Virus record (IMG/VR): IMGVR_UViG_3300010352_001202 | Origin: a virus | Taxonomy: Duplodnaviria > Caudoviricetes | Strand: one strand, 5' to 3' | Length of the DNA stretch: 64,000 bases | Part shown: positions 52,604 through 62,568 of the stretch, one piece after another | How the letters are laid out: every line of letters begins with the position of its first letter | Position numbering within the stretch: position 1 is the first letter of the stretch | The notes under the pieces: model-generated | The model's database searches: none | What the model saw: the letters and a program-made list of their open reading frames with translations, nothing else | Told to the model about the DNA's origin: nothing | Position numbers and translations under genes: made by a program

Positions 52604-54138
52604 CTGTAGATGTAATTATATTTTCTGATTGCTCTTCTGAAGCATCTATTAGATATGCAGGCGCATATACAATAGCATCTTCATTGCGCGAGGCCGGCTT
52701 CACTGTTCAGGTAGTTGATTATTTTCTGCTTACGGGATTAGAAAAAGCATATAAGATTATTGATAAATTTCTGGGTGAGAATACATTGTTTGTCGGGTTT
52801 TCTACAACATTTATGAATGTCTCGTGGGAGCATAAAAAGGCACACCAGACAGATCCGTCGATGTTTAGATTTGACAATTTTACACAGATGCAATTGGGTG
52901 CATCAACCCATAACGGTTATTCATACGGTGTGCCGATATCCGAAGATGAAATGCTTCAGATTCAGCAGTATATCAAGAATAAGAATTCTAAGACAAAACT
53001 TGTTCTCGGCGGAACAAAAGCAGATTTTACTTATCAGAAATATATTGATACATTTATCCTGGGATACGCAGATAAATCGGCAGTCGAATATGCAAAATTT
53101 CTACAAGGAAAAAATCCGTTCTTTAGGTATAGAATAAATGATAAATTGCAAATGGTCGTTGATTATGACATTGATGCCAAGTCTCACGATTTTGTCAATT
53201 CTCGTATTGAGTATGACTCTAGCGACCTTGCACGCCCAGACGAACCTTTGCCGATTGAAATTTCAAGAGGATGTATTTTTAAATGTAAATTCTGTAATTT
53301 TAGAATGATTGGCAAGAAGAAAAACGATTACATTAAAGACAAGGAAGTAATATATTCTGCGCTAATGAGTAACTATGAAAAGTTCGGTACAACAAAGTAT
53401 TCTATCACTGACGATACATGGAATGAATCTGTCGGTAAGCTCGAGATGTTTGCGGAAGTATGCCAACGATTGCCTTTTAAGATAGAATATGTTTCTTATC
53501 TAAGGCTTGACTTAATATGGCGTTATCCGGAGATGGCCGACCTCCTGAGAGAGACAGGGCTTAAAGCAACAGCATTTGGAATCGAAACACTAAATCACGA
53601 AGCTGGTAAAATTATCGGCAAGGGATTGCATCCAGAGAAAGTCAGGGAAACACTTCATACTCTTAGAGATAGCAAAGGTTGGAGAAATAATATTCTAATG
53701 TTCTCTGGATTCATCGTTGGCCTGCCTACAGAAACAAGAGACACTGTAAATAAGTGGGTAGAAGAATTAATGGACTTTAATTATCCGTTAGATGCATTTC
53801 AGTTAAATGCTTTATTTTTAGGAAACAATAAACATAAATCCGAATTTGATTTGAATTATAAGGATTATGGTTATTGGTATGATAAGAAAGTTTCTACTGG
53901 CTGGATCAATGAGCATTGGCGTGTGGAAGATGCGGGCGAGTTATCTTCAAATATGCACAATTATGGACTTAGCATTGGCCGACTAAAAGCAAATGGATTC
54001 TATTCTATGATTATGCAAAATTACGGATTTACATGGGAAGATGTACACAACACATCAATGGTCGGATATGGATCTTTATTTCAGAAGACTCTTACACATG
54101 CCAACACATACCATGAGAGATTGTTGAACGAAGTATGA
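52600..54138 (+). CDS. Radical SAM enzyme, paralog of 50544..52085
   Basis: EISRGCIFKCKFC and long identical peptides (GKKKNDYIKDKEVIYS, GIETLNHEAGKIIGKGL). Confidence 0.88.
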   Translation: MTVDVIIFSDCSSEASIRYAGAYTIASSLREAGFTVQVVDYFLLTGLEKAYKIIDKFLGENTLFVGFSTTFMNVSWEHKKAHQTDPSMFRFDNFTQMQLGASTHNGYSYGVPISEDEMLQIQQYIKNKNSKTKLVLGGTKADFTYQKYIDTFILGYADKSAVEYAKFLQGKNPFFRYRINDKLQMVVDYDIDAKSHDFVNSRIEYDSSDLARPDEPLPIEISRGCIFKCKFCNFRMIGKKKNDYIKDKEVIYSALMSNYEKFGTTKYSITDDTWNESVGKLEMFAEVCQRLPFKIEYVSYLRLDLIWRYPEMADLLRETGLKATAFGIETLNHEAGKIIGKGLHPEKVRETLHTLRDSKGWRNNILMFSGFIVGLPTETRDTVNKWVEELMDFNYPLDAFQLNALFLGNNKHKSEFDLNYKDYGYWYDKKVSTGWINEHWRVEDAGELSSNMHNYGLSIGRLKANGFYSMIMQNYGFTWEDVHNTSMVGYGSLFQKTLTHANTYHERLLNEV

Positions 54139-54968
54139 ATTACACCTTTAGTCCGTTCTCGGTTGATTACGGAAATATCGCAGAACCTGTGCTAGATTTT
54201 AAATCGGAATGCGTGAGGGCTGTACAATTAGCTCAGTCTAAAAATAAGTATAATTTTCCGTTAGTTGTTATGATGAGCGGTGGTATAGATAGTGAATTGA
54301 TAGCACAATCATTGTTAATAGCCGGTGTTGAATTTAAGTGTGTTATTGGTAAACTAATGACACGGTTATCGGATAACGATATAGTATTCAATGAGCACGA
54401 TTATCAATATGCTGTTAGATGGTGTAATGCAAATAACATAGAAGTGATCTATTGCGAAATAGATATATTCAAAGAAAATAGACTGCTGTGCGATTATGCA
54501 CTATACTCAAAGGGGTTTTCGCCACAGTATGCTTGCCACATGTTTATTATGAAGTGGTGTTCGGATAATGGTTATTTTTTCTTAGCTGGTAACGGTGAGA
54601 TGGACTTAGTTCTAAAAGATAATGAATATTACATGCTTGACGAACAGAGAGAATTCACATTGGCTAATTTCTGCAAACTATACAACCTGAGCGGTGTGTG
54701 GCAGTTCTGGAAGCAGGATGGCAGAGTAATTTCGTCATTTTTGAAATTACCTACCGTGGCCGCTCTTATGGAGAAGAAAGTAGAATCTATCTTATCTTAT
54801 AAGCATGAATGCTTTAGTGATGCATTTGTATTTGAAGGTAGAAAAAAGGCCACAGGGTTTGAAAGAATACAAGAATGGGATTATATTCATAGGACCGAAC
54901 TGAAACAAGTAAACGGCCACTTAGACGAAAAGTATTATACACCCGTTTCGCAATTTATAAAGGTATGA
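54135..54968 (+). CDS. N-type ATP pyrophosphatase (asparagine-synthase-like) protein
   Basis: VMMSGGIDSE PP-loop; C-terminal RKKATGFE. Confidence 0.7.
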   Translation: MNYTFSPFSVDYGNIAEPVLDFKSECVRAVQLAQSKNKYNFPLVVMMSGGIDSELIAQSLLIAGVEFKCVIGKLMTRLSDNDIVFNEHDYQYAVRWCNANNIEVIYCEIDIFKENRLLCDYALYSKGFSPQYACHMFIMKWCSDNGYFFLAGNGEMDLVLKDNEYYMLDEQREFTLANFCKLYNLSGVWQFWKQDGRVISSFLKLPTVAALMEKKVESILSYKHECFSDAFVFEGRKKATGFERIQEWDYIHRTELKQVNGHLDEKYYTPVSQFIKV

Positions 54969-54969
54969 T

Positions 54970-55551
54970 ATGTTAGCTAATCTTTTTGCATTCGGAAACA
55001 GAAAATATATAAACAATGCGGTAGTTACTGCGGATATCCTATCTTATATTACATCTACATACGGCGATGTAAAGAATTTCAGGTTGCATTTTAGAAAACC
55101 TTTTTTCACACAAGGAAATCTTGTTGTGGCTCCGTATAAGCTCGATGGGCATTTTGTAGGACAATTTGAAATTGATTATGTTCCTATGTACTTTGCATAT
55201 TCGCCCACCGACATTCCTTTAGAGACAAAAGAAGTATCTGTAGATGATGTGCAGGCAGATATAAATATTTTCAGCATGTGTTATTTTGTTGCTGAAAACT
55301 GCCACCAGGCTGTATTGCGTGCATTTGAAAAAAACTATGGTCCGCGAACGGCAGATGATAAATCTATATTCGTAATATACGAAATTCCGAACACATCAGT
55401 GTTCACAAAATTAATACAGGAAAAAAGAATACCAAACCTTACAATTTCTGAACCAGAAATAACTGCTGAACGAAAGTTTAAATTATCTGTATCAGTAGAT
55501 GGAGAATTGTTAGGTTATAGATATAATACAGTAAAGAAGTTTATCTTATGA
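54970..55551 (+). CDS. Hypothetical protein, paralog of 57903..58484
   Basis: MLAN.F..G.R.Y.NNAVV..FRKPF..QG shared. Confidence 0.65.
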   Translation: MLANLFAFGNRKYINNAVVTADILSYITSTYGDVKNFRLHFRKPFFTQGNLVVAPYKLDGHFVGQFEIDYVPMYFAYSPTDIPLETKEVSVDDVQADINIFSMCYFVAENCHQAVLRAFEKNYGPRTADDKSIFVIYEIPNTSVFTKLIQEKRIPNLTISEPEITAERKFKLSVSVDGELLGYRYNTVKKFIL

Positions 55552-56408
55552 AATATTGGGGCGAAAAAGCAGATACACACATTCGCCTGTGTGACACAAA
55601 TGTTTATCAGGGTTATCCCTGTGTCTCGGGAAAAGTTAACGAACACGGATATGTAGACGCACCGTTAGGTAAGAGTGATGTGCTTTATATGGGAACATGC
55701 GATATAATGTCTTCTGTTCCCGTTCCCGAACAGAGATGGGTGGCATTATTGCATAACAAGAAATATTCTAGTTTGCCGTTTATGACTATCGGTTCATCGG
55801 CTGCAGGATTGCCATCTATGGTTCGTAGGCTGCATTCATATGTGTCTAATTATGGTGCTCCTAAGAAACTATTCTTAACTGTTGCTAGATTTGAAGGTTA
55901 CGAATATGTAAACAAATCCGGCAAATGCTACAATGTGAATAGCAGAGTTGGCACCCCTCAATTTCTGAAGAGAAGAGAAATGCTTTCGGATGAGGAATTC
56001 AGCACTTGGCTTCTGCAGGTAAGCAATTACAAAAGGTTGTACAATATTCAGAATAATCAATACATTCTGGAAGAACGGTTTGCATTTATCGAAACCCTAT
56101 GTAAAGCCTATGGCATAGAAATGCAGTGGACCTTTAATTTATCTGATGCGTGTATTGTTGCTATGCATAGAAATATATCTATATTTGAAAATATTTCTTC
56201 CTTTATGAAAGATGCATTTGTTGGATTAGTAAACATAGAAGACGACATGCCCGACAGATCCATGGGATTAAAAACTCATAATAATATCTTCAATATGTTT
56301 ATGAATCCATGCAGCTGGAATTTCAAGCAGCTTGCAGAACAGGCCGAAAATAACTTTAAATGGCTAGAAGAAAAATACCCTGGCAACTTAATAAAGAATG
56401 AGGACTAA
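55548..56408 (+). CDS. Hypothetical protein (possibly SGNH-like), paralog of 58481..59341
   Basis: GTCD, MVRRL, RFEGYEYVNKSGK, NNQYILEERF shared. Confidence 0.6.
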   Translation: MKYWGEKADTHIRLCDTNVYQGYPCVSGKVNEHGYVDAPLGKSDVLYMGTCDIMSSVPVPEQRWVALLHNKKYSSLPFMTIGSSAAGLPSMVRRLHSYVSNYGAPKKLFLTVARFEGYEYVNKSGKCYNVNSRVGTPQFLKRREMLSDEEFSTWLLQVSNYKRLYNIQNNQYILEERFAFIETLCKAYGIEMQWTFNLSDACIVAMHRNISIFENISSFMKDAFVGLVNIEDDMPDRSMGLKTHNNIFNMFMNPCSWNFKQLAEQAENNFKWLEEKYPGNLIKNED

Positions 56409-56410
56409 TA

Positions 56411-57376
56411 ATGATCCACAGAAATTATTATACCTGTGGTTTCAACGCAAATTCGAGTCAATGTATTCGAACTGATATATCGGATAAGTGGAGTATAAAT
56501 TTTGATACTAAGGTTATAGAGAAAAGACCTCTAAAAACATTTCGAGAAGAGGTATTACATTCTTGCGAATTAATATATGAAGAGTTCGGCAAATACACAC
56601 CGAAACTAAATTTGTACTTTAGCGGCGGCATGGATTCCGAATGCATGCTTCGTAGTTTTGTAGAATTAGGTATACCTGTAAATCCTATAGTTATTACTCA
56701 TTATTACAGTCCGTTTGCTGACGAAACATTAAATGCTATGCGAGTATGCAACGAACTTTCGGTTAAACCGTTAATCTTTGATTTGAATCTTAGGGAATTA
56801 TACAGTAATAAGAAATTGTATGAGTTAGGTATAAAGTATCAATCGCCAAGACTAGGCATGTTAGAATTATTACATGTTATGGAACAAATTTCTGAACCTA
56901 GTGTATTAGCCGACGATATACAGATGCTTCACATTTCGTCAGATAAGAATTTACTGAATATAAATGAAACTGATTTTTTAGAGTGGATGTATGAAATACG
57001 GGAGGACGAGGACGGTGTTTTCTACAGGTATGAATGTATTACCGGAATACCGACAATTTCTGACTTCTTTAGGTATACACCGCAATCTTGGGCTTCGATG
57101 ATTCTCACCGAAGATATAAAGGACATTATCTTCAATTATAGAGGAAAGGCTTCTGCAACATCGACAAAAAATACAATGATGGCCCGAGAATTTAATGTAC
57201 TGTGGAGGCAAAAGACGGGTGTATTTTTCTCCCCTCAGCATTGGGAAATCAGAAACAGAATTAAGCATGATTTAGAAAATGAGTTATATCCATTTTCAAC
57301 AGCATTAATTACATACGAAAAGTTATTACAATTATTAGGATATCATTATGCTCTGCAGAATACTAACACAAAGTGA
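56411..57376 (+). CDS. N-type ATP pyrophosphatase-like protein, distant paralog of 54135..54968
   Basis: LYFSGGMDSE PP-loop; C-terminal RQKTG. Confidence 0.68.
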   Translation: MIHRNYYTCGFNANSSQCIRTDISDKWSINFDTKVIEKRPLKTFREEVLHSCELIYEEFGKYTPKLNLYFSGGMDSECMLRSFVELGIPVNPIVITHYYSPFADETLNAMRVCNELSVKPLIFDLNLRELYSNKKLYELGIKYQSPRLGMLELLHVMEQISEPSVLADDIQMLHISSDKNLLNINETDFLEWMYEIREDEDGVFYRYECITGIPTISDFFRYTPQSWASMILTEDIKDIIFNYRGKASATSTKNTMMAREFNVLWRQKTGVFFSPQHWEIRNRIKHDLENELYPFSTALITYEKLLQLLGYHYALQNTNTK

Positions 57377-57893
57377 TTACATGGTGTGCAGGGAATTGTA
57401 TGATAAATTCACTGATGCAGATCCACTGCGTCCACCGATTCCCACATTGAATCGGTATTACTTTGGCGACGACGAACCCCTATCTATGGTAATCGGTGCA
57501 TTCGATGAGTACGGAGTATTATCTGTTTGTGTTTTTGTTATATTTTCTAAACACGATCGTTCTATATCTATTCGTTATGTAATGAAGCATCCGTTTGCCG
57601 ATAAGAGCATGGTAGTTGGCGTCCTTGAATTTGTTGCCAATATGTCAAGAAATAGTAATTACTGTAAGATGTATATAAGTTACTTCAACAACCGCGCAGC
57701 AGCATGGGAGAGACTATTAAGAAATTCGGAAATTTTTAATAGATATACCGCCGTGGTCGAGGAAGTAATACCTGCTTCACGCAAGTCTTCTTTTACTAGG
57801 TACTGGACAGAAATGCAGGGTTGTAAAATTTCTCTAGAGCCAATGACAATTAAGATGTATTCATTAAAACAAGAGTTTAGACCTATTCTATAA
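57348..57893 (+). CDS. Hypothetical protein, possibly GNAT fold
   Basis: Coupled ORF; VIGAFDEYGVL beta pattern. Confidence 0.45.
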   Translation: MLCRILTQSDYMVCRELYDKFTDADPLRPPIPTLNRYYFGDDEPLSMVIGAFDEYGVLSVCVFVIFSKHDRSISIRYVMKHPFADKSMVVGVLEFVANMSRNSNYCKMYISYFNNRAAAWERLLRNSEIFNRYTAVVEEVIPASRKSSFTRYWTEMQGCKISLEPMTIKMYSLKQEFRPIL

Positions 57894-57902
57894 AGGATTA
57901 TT

Positions 57903-58484
57903 ATGTTAGCAAATTTCTTCTCAATCGGAGATAGAAACTATCTCAACAATGCAGTTGTTATCTCCGATGCATTAACTATTATTAGCAAGACATTCGGGAA
58001 TGTAGCTGATTTTAAGATACAATTTAGAAAGCCATTTCTTTCGCAGGGCGAGTTTAAGCTTAGTACAGAAAAACTCGATGGCCATATTACAGGACAGTTT
58101 AAGAAGAACGATATGGTGTTTTTCTTTGCATATACACCTACAGATATTTCCTTAGAAGTTAAGGATGCAAACGGTGACGCAGTAAAGAATGATGTTACGC
58201 CGTTTAATGTATGCTATCATGTAACTGATGTATGCCGTGGCGCAATTGAAGAAGGATTTGAAAAGGTTTACGGGCCAATGACAACAAAGGATAAAGTTAT
58301 CTTTGTTATGTTTGAAATTCCATGTACAGCAGTGTTCAACAACATTATTATTGACGGTGCAATGCCTCCTATGACTATTACTCCTGCAGAGCAGACAGGA
58401 GATAGGAGATTCAAGGTGTCTGTTTATGTTGGCGGAAAATTATTGGGACATAGGCACAGCACAGTAAAGGAATTTATTGTATGA
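57903..58484 (+). CDS. Hypothetical protein, paralog of 54970..55551
   Basis: Collinear similarity over the full length. Confidence 0.65.
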   Translation: MLANFFSIGDRNYLNNAVVISDALTIISKTFGNVADFKIQFRKPFLSQGEFKLSTEKLDGHITGQFKKNDMVFFFAYTPTDISLEVKDANGDAVKNDVTPFNVCYHVTDVCRGAIEEGFEKVYGPMTTKDKVIFVMFEIPCTAVFNNIIIDGAMPPMTITPAEQTGDRRFKVSVYVGGKLLGHRHSTVKEFIV

Positions 58485-59341
58485 AAAAATACTGGGGAGA
58501 AACGGAAGATAGCCACTTAAGATTATGGACCTCTGATGTCTATCTCCAATATGCGCCTGTAAAACATACCATAACAGAAGAAGGGTATCGTGGAGATAAG
58601 TTACAATCAACAGATGCATTGTTTTTAGGAACATGTGATGTAATGTCAAGCCTTCCCGATAGTAATCTTAGATGGTCTGCATTAGTTCATAAGGAGAAAT
58701 TCTCAGATCAACCATTTATACCGCTGGGTACTGTTGGTTCTGGATTGCACGCAATGGTACGGCGTTTGTATTCATTTATACAAAATCACGGCGCCCCGAA
58801 ATATGTATACATGACTGTTCCGAGATTTGATGGATATGAATATGTAAACAAATCAGGCAAGACATACAGCGTTAGTTCAAGAAAAGGAACAGCAAAGTTC
58901 CTAAAATATGCTAACCTAATAAACGAAGAAGATCTTAGTATATGGTTATCTCAGATTGAAGCAAACAAGAATTTAGAGAATATACATAACAACCAGTATG
59001 TACTTGAAGAAAGATTTTCATTTATAGAACTGTTGTGCAAGGCGCACAACATAGAACTAAAATGGAGCTTCAATCCCAGCGATGCTGGCATCGTATTGCT
59101 GCATAGAAATCTAGCTATATTTGAGCATCTTTCTCCGTTTATGAAAGATTCGTTTGCCGGCTTGGTCGAAATCAAGGATCAGGAAAAAGATAGATCAATT
59201 GGTATAGAAACCCACCGTGCTATCTATCAGCAATTTATTAATCCGGAATCGTGGAATTATGCTACACTTCGAACCAGGGCAGAATATAATCTCGAATGGT
59301 TAAAAACTCGTTACGGTGATAACCTTATCAATAGGGAATAA
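58481..59341 (+). CDS. Hypothetical protein, paralog of 55548..56408
   Basis: Same length (286 aa) and shared motifs. Confidence 0.65.
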   Translation: MKKYWGETEDSHLRLWTSDVYLQYAPVKHTITEEGYRGDKLQSTDALFLGTCDVMSSLPDSNLRWSALVHKEKFSDQPFIPLGTVGSGLHAMVRRLYSFIQNHGAPKYVYMTVPRFDGYEYVNKSGKTYSVSSRKGTAKFLKYANLINEEDLSIWLSQIEANKNLENIHNNQYVLEERFSFIELLCKAHNIELKWSFNPSDAGIVLLHRNLAIFEHLSPFMKDSFAGLVEIKDQEKDRSIGIETHRAIYQQFINPESWNYATLRTRAEYNLEWLKTRYGDNLINRE

Positions 59342-59376
59342 TAACGATAAATACCCATACATAGGAGATATTGAGT

Positions 59377-59784
59377 ATGGGATTTATAACATTATTGATG
59401 GGTAATAAAAACCTGATATTAGTCGGGTTGTTACTAGCGGCTTTTGCTGGAACAGGCATTTATGTAAAAGTCCTGAAACATAATATCGAAAGTTGCCAAC
59501 AAGAAAAGGCACTGATCTCGGCAAAACTAGAAGTTTCGCAAGAGGCTGTAAAAAACCTGCAGGCAGCCATTACTGAACAGAATACCGCGATTGATAAGTT
59601 TAAGTCCGCAGCGGACGAAAGAGTAAAAGCAAATCAAGTAGAGCTAAACAAAGCTCAGAATACAGCAAATGCATTCAAGCAGCAGGCAACTGATATAATG
59701 AAGTTTGTTCCACAGCCCGGTGTTCCTAAATGTGATTCTGCAAACTCCCTAATCAATATGGAGATCAAAAATGCTAAAAAGTAA
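59377..59784 (+). CDS. Inner-membrane spanin (Rz-like)
   Basis: N-terminal TM helix, long coiled coil, Cys near C-terminus, overlapped by a lipoprotein gene. Confidence 0.75.
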   Translation: MGFITLLMGNKNLILVGLLLAAFAGTGIYVKVLKHNIESCQQEKALISAKLEVSQEAVKNLQAAITEQNTAIDKFKSAADERVKANQVELNKAQNTANAFKQQATDIMKFVPQPGVPKCDSANSLINMEIKNAKK

Positions 59785-60049
59785 TCTATTGGCATTATCC
59801 TTGGCTGTGCTATTATCTGCATGCGCATCGGGACCTGCACCTGTAATGGCTCCACTTATTCAAAAAGTTGAAGTTCCTATTGCTGTTCCTTGTAAAGTAG
59901 CCGTTCCTAAGTTACCGTCTTTCAATTTTGATGAACTAAATATTGATCAGGATATTTACGAAAAGGTACGCGCATTGCTTGTAGATAGGAAGTTACATCT
60001 CGGATATGAGGTTGAACTTTTGGCAGCATTAAATTCCTGTATAAAATAA
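59771..60049 (+). CDS. Outer-membrane spanin lipoprotein (Rz1-like)
   Basis: Lipobox LSAC, Pro-rich segment, KVRALL..YEVELLAALNSC. Confidence 0.78.
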   Translation: MLKSNLLALSLAVLLSACASGPAPVMAPLIQKVEVPIAVPCKVAVPKLPSFNFDELNIDQDIYEKVRALLVDRKLHLGYEVELLAALNSCIK

Positions 60050-60057
60050 AATCTATT

Positions 60058-60629
60058 ATGCTTGTAAAGATAATAACTGTTGTAGATAATGATAAGCTTT
60101 TAGCAGCATTAGAAGAAATTTCGATTATTAGCTGGGAAACTATTGTTGATGAAAGAGCCAGAGATATATTTACTACCAGTAGAAGTATTTCTCTTAGAAC
60201 ACATAAAATTACCGGTGCACCACCTAAAACAATCGATGAATCATCTAGGATTTTAGATTGCACCGATATTGTAGTTAATAAGCAGAAATATGTACAATGC
60301 TATAATTAGCCGAATGGGCATATAAACAGGTAGGCGGGATATCACTAGGACGGGTAATGATTGTAAATCTGCTACCCAACGGATATGTTTCTTCGCATAT
60401 CGATCCCGGCAGTTATTTTGCAAAATATTCAAGATTTCATATACCGTTAATAACAAATGAGCAAGTTGTATTTTCTCGATACGAAGATACAGAAAAAGAA
60501 CATATGCCGTATGGGCATCTTTGCCAACTTAATAACTTGGATATGCATATGGTAAGAAACAACAGTGATCAGCCAAGGATTCATATTATTGCTGACATTG
60601 AAGTACCGGGCGGTAACTCTATATTCTGA
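60058..60629 (+). pseudogene. Asp/Asn beta-hydroxylase-like 2OG-Fe(II) oxygenase split by a 1-nt frameshift near 60306
   Basis: Adding one base joins ..VQCYN to LAEWAYKQVGGISLGRVMIVNL..HID..RFHIPL..H.VRN..RIHII. Confidence 0.7.
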
Positions 60630-60797
60630 ATCCTTGCGATGTGTAGCCATTTGTAGTAAAGTAGCGATCTGAGGTGTTATCAGACCAATTTACGGTGGTA
60701 GCGCACTAGGTAGTAAGGGCTGCATCCCTGCTGCAAACAAACGCAGGTAAAGCGGTAGGTCGGCTTGCCGGTAACATCTCAACTAAATTTACGATTT

Positions 60798-61046
60798 TGA
60801 TTACTTGGACAATCGCTGCTGTAATGGTAGAGGAAGTTCGGGTCTGCAAAGAGCAGGGTTTGTCGCTCTGTGGGAGAATATCTAATTATCGGCTGCCATA
60901 AAGAAAAGGATGATATGGCCCCAGGTGTTGACCGGCGAAAGCCCATGTCTCACCCTGCCCGATAGCCGCAACTATTCGTTTGTACCACAACGACTCCGCA
61001 GTAACACAAACAGTTCTCGCTGACGCTGCTCGCCGAGGGAATGGTT
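60798..61046 (+). ncRNA. 3'-truncated RNase P RNA-like copy
   Basis: GGACAATCGCTG..GAGGAAGTTCGGGTCT 5' signature; shares GTGGGAGA and AACACAAACAG with the second copy; no 3' P4 strand. Confidence 0.65.
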
Positions 61047-61048
61047 AT

Positions 61049-61246
61049 TTTGGTGTCCGATCTAACGCTGGCAACAGAGGAAGTTCAGGACTTGCGCCGA
61101 GTGCGAGTGGGAGACCTTGGTCGTTATTACCACCGTGATATAGCAAGCAACACAAACAGAACCTGGGAACATTCGGCCTATAGGTTCGGGTTGTGGCAAA
61201 GATGAATGTTAGAGTTGAAACAGAATCCTGGCTATGAGACACCAAA
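61049..61246 (+). ncRNA. rnpB: Compact RNase P RNA (about 198 nt)
   Basis: P1 TTTGGTGTC/GACACCAAA; P2 TCTAAC/GTTAGA; P4 GAGGAAGTTCAGGA with ACAGAATCCTGGCTA; AGATGAATG junction. Confidence 0.85.
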
Positions 61247-61288
61247 TTTTTTATACGGGTTGTAGCACTATATTAGATAAATAGTATT

Positions 61289-61897
61289 ATGTTCAAACCC
61301 ACATACCTATACATAAAAACTCATAATGTTACCGGATTGAAATATTTTGGTAAAACTGTAGGTGATCCCTTTAGATATAAAGGATCGGGTGTAAGATGGC
61401 TGAATCATCTATCTGTACACGGCAATAAGGTGACCACTGAAATAATCGGGCATTATGAAGTATTAGAAGAATGTAATAAGGCAGCATTAGAGTTTAGTGA
61501 AAAATACAATATAGTAAAGAGTGACGAATGGGCCAACCTTATTGTCGAAGACGGTCTGATGGGAGGATTCACTGAAGATCACGGTAAGAAGATAAAAGAA
61601 ATATGGAAAAATCTTACCGAAGAAGAAAAAGACATAAGAAGGCAAAAAGCCAACCCCTGGAATAATAAAACAGAAGAAGAGATAAGTCGATATAAAAAGA
61701 ATCTTCAAGATTCTATGATTGATATGTATCAATCGATTGCCGGTAAAGAATTATTAGAACATAAGAAAAAAGTAGGAAAATCTTTATTAAAGAATGGAAA
61801 AAGAATGCTATCCGATGAAGCACGACAAAGAATGAAAGAATCGGCGTATAGGACAAACGAATTAAGACGAATAAAGAAGGAGAAAGATAATGCGTAG
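61289..61897 (+). CDS. GIY-YIG homing endonuclease
   Basis: YLYIKTHNVTGLKYFGKT..YKGSGVRW..WANLIVEDG. Confidence 0.88.
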   Translation: MFKPTYLYIKTHNVTGLKYFGKTVGDPFRYKGSGVRWLNHLSVHGNKVTTEIIGHYEVLEECNKAALEFSEKYNIVKSDEWANLIVEDGLMGGFTEDHGKKIKEIWKNLTEEEKDIRRQKANPWNNKTEEEISRYKKNLQDSMIDMYQSIAGKELLEHKKKVGKSLLKNGKRMLSDEARQRMKESAYRTNELRRIKKEKDNA

Positions 61898-62558
61898 AAT
61901 TTTAGAAATCCGCGCAGCAGAAGGCGGAGAAGATAGCAAGCTATTTACGGTAGATCTTGCACAAGCATACCAACGCCATTTTGATCGAGTCGGCTGACTT
62001 AATCGAATAGTAAAGAATGTCCCTGGCGAACTTTATATAGAAGTTGAAGGGCAAAGTTTACACCATCTAGAAAACGAGGCCGGCGGCCATCGCATACAAA
62101 GAGTCCCTCCAACAGAGCGTAAGGGCAGAGTTCATACTAGCACCGTAACGGTTGCAGTCATTGATCCCGAATTACAGGTCAAAGAATACAAAGATTCAGA
62201 CTTTAGGATAGAATGGTATAGTGGTACAGGTGCAGGCGGGCAACACAGAAACAAACATCAAAATTCGTGTCGAATCACTTATACGCCCACAGGCCAAACT
62301 GCTACTGCCCAGTGTCGTTCTCGACAAAATAGCCTAGAACAGGCTAAAGCAGCATTAATAGAACAGTTAAAAAGCGAGGATCACAGACAGAAGAAATTTA
62401 GTCTCGATTCTGAAAGAAAACAGCAAGTTGGTTCTGGAATGCGCGGCGACAAGATTAGGACATATCGTTTTCAAGATGATGTAGTAAAAGATCACCTTAC
62501 AGGAAAAAGTGGTAGCGTAAAGCAGGTTTTACGCGGATACTTTGACTTAATGTGGTAG
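61890..62558 (+). CDS. RF1-type class I peptide chain release factor lacking domain 1, with in-frame TGA at codon 36 (61995-61997)
   Basis: LEIRAAEGGEDS..YQRHFDRVG*LNRI..EAGGHRIQRVPPTERKGRVHTSTVTVAV..GAGGQHRNK..RGDKIRTYRF; missed by the ORF track. Confidence 0.9.
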
Positions 62559-62568
62559 GAGAAAAATA

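Noticed and set aside
61985-62005. prfB-style +1 frameshift at the release-factor UGA
   Set aside because: Downstream motifs continue in the same frame and the CTT-TGA slippery context is absent.
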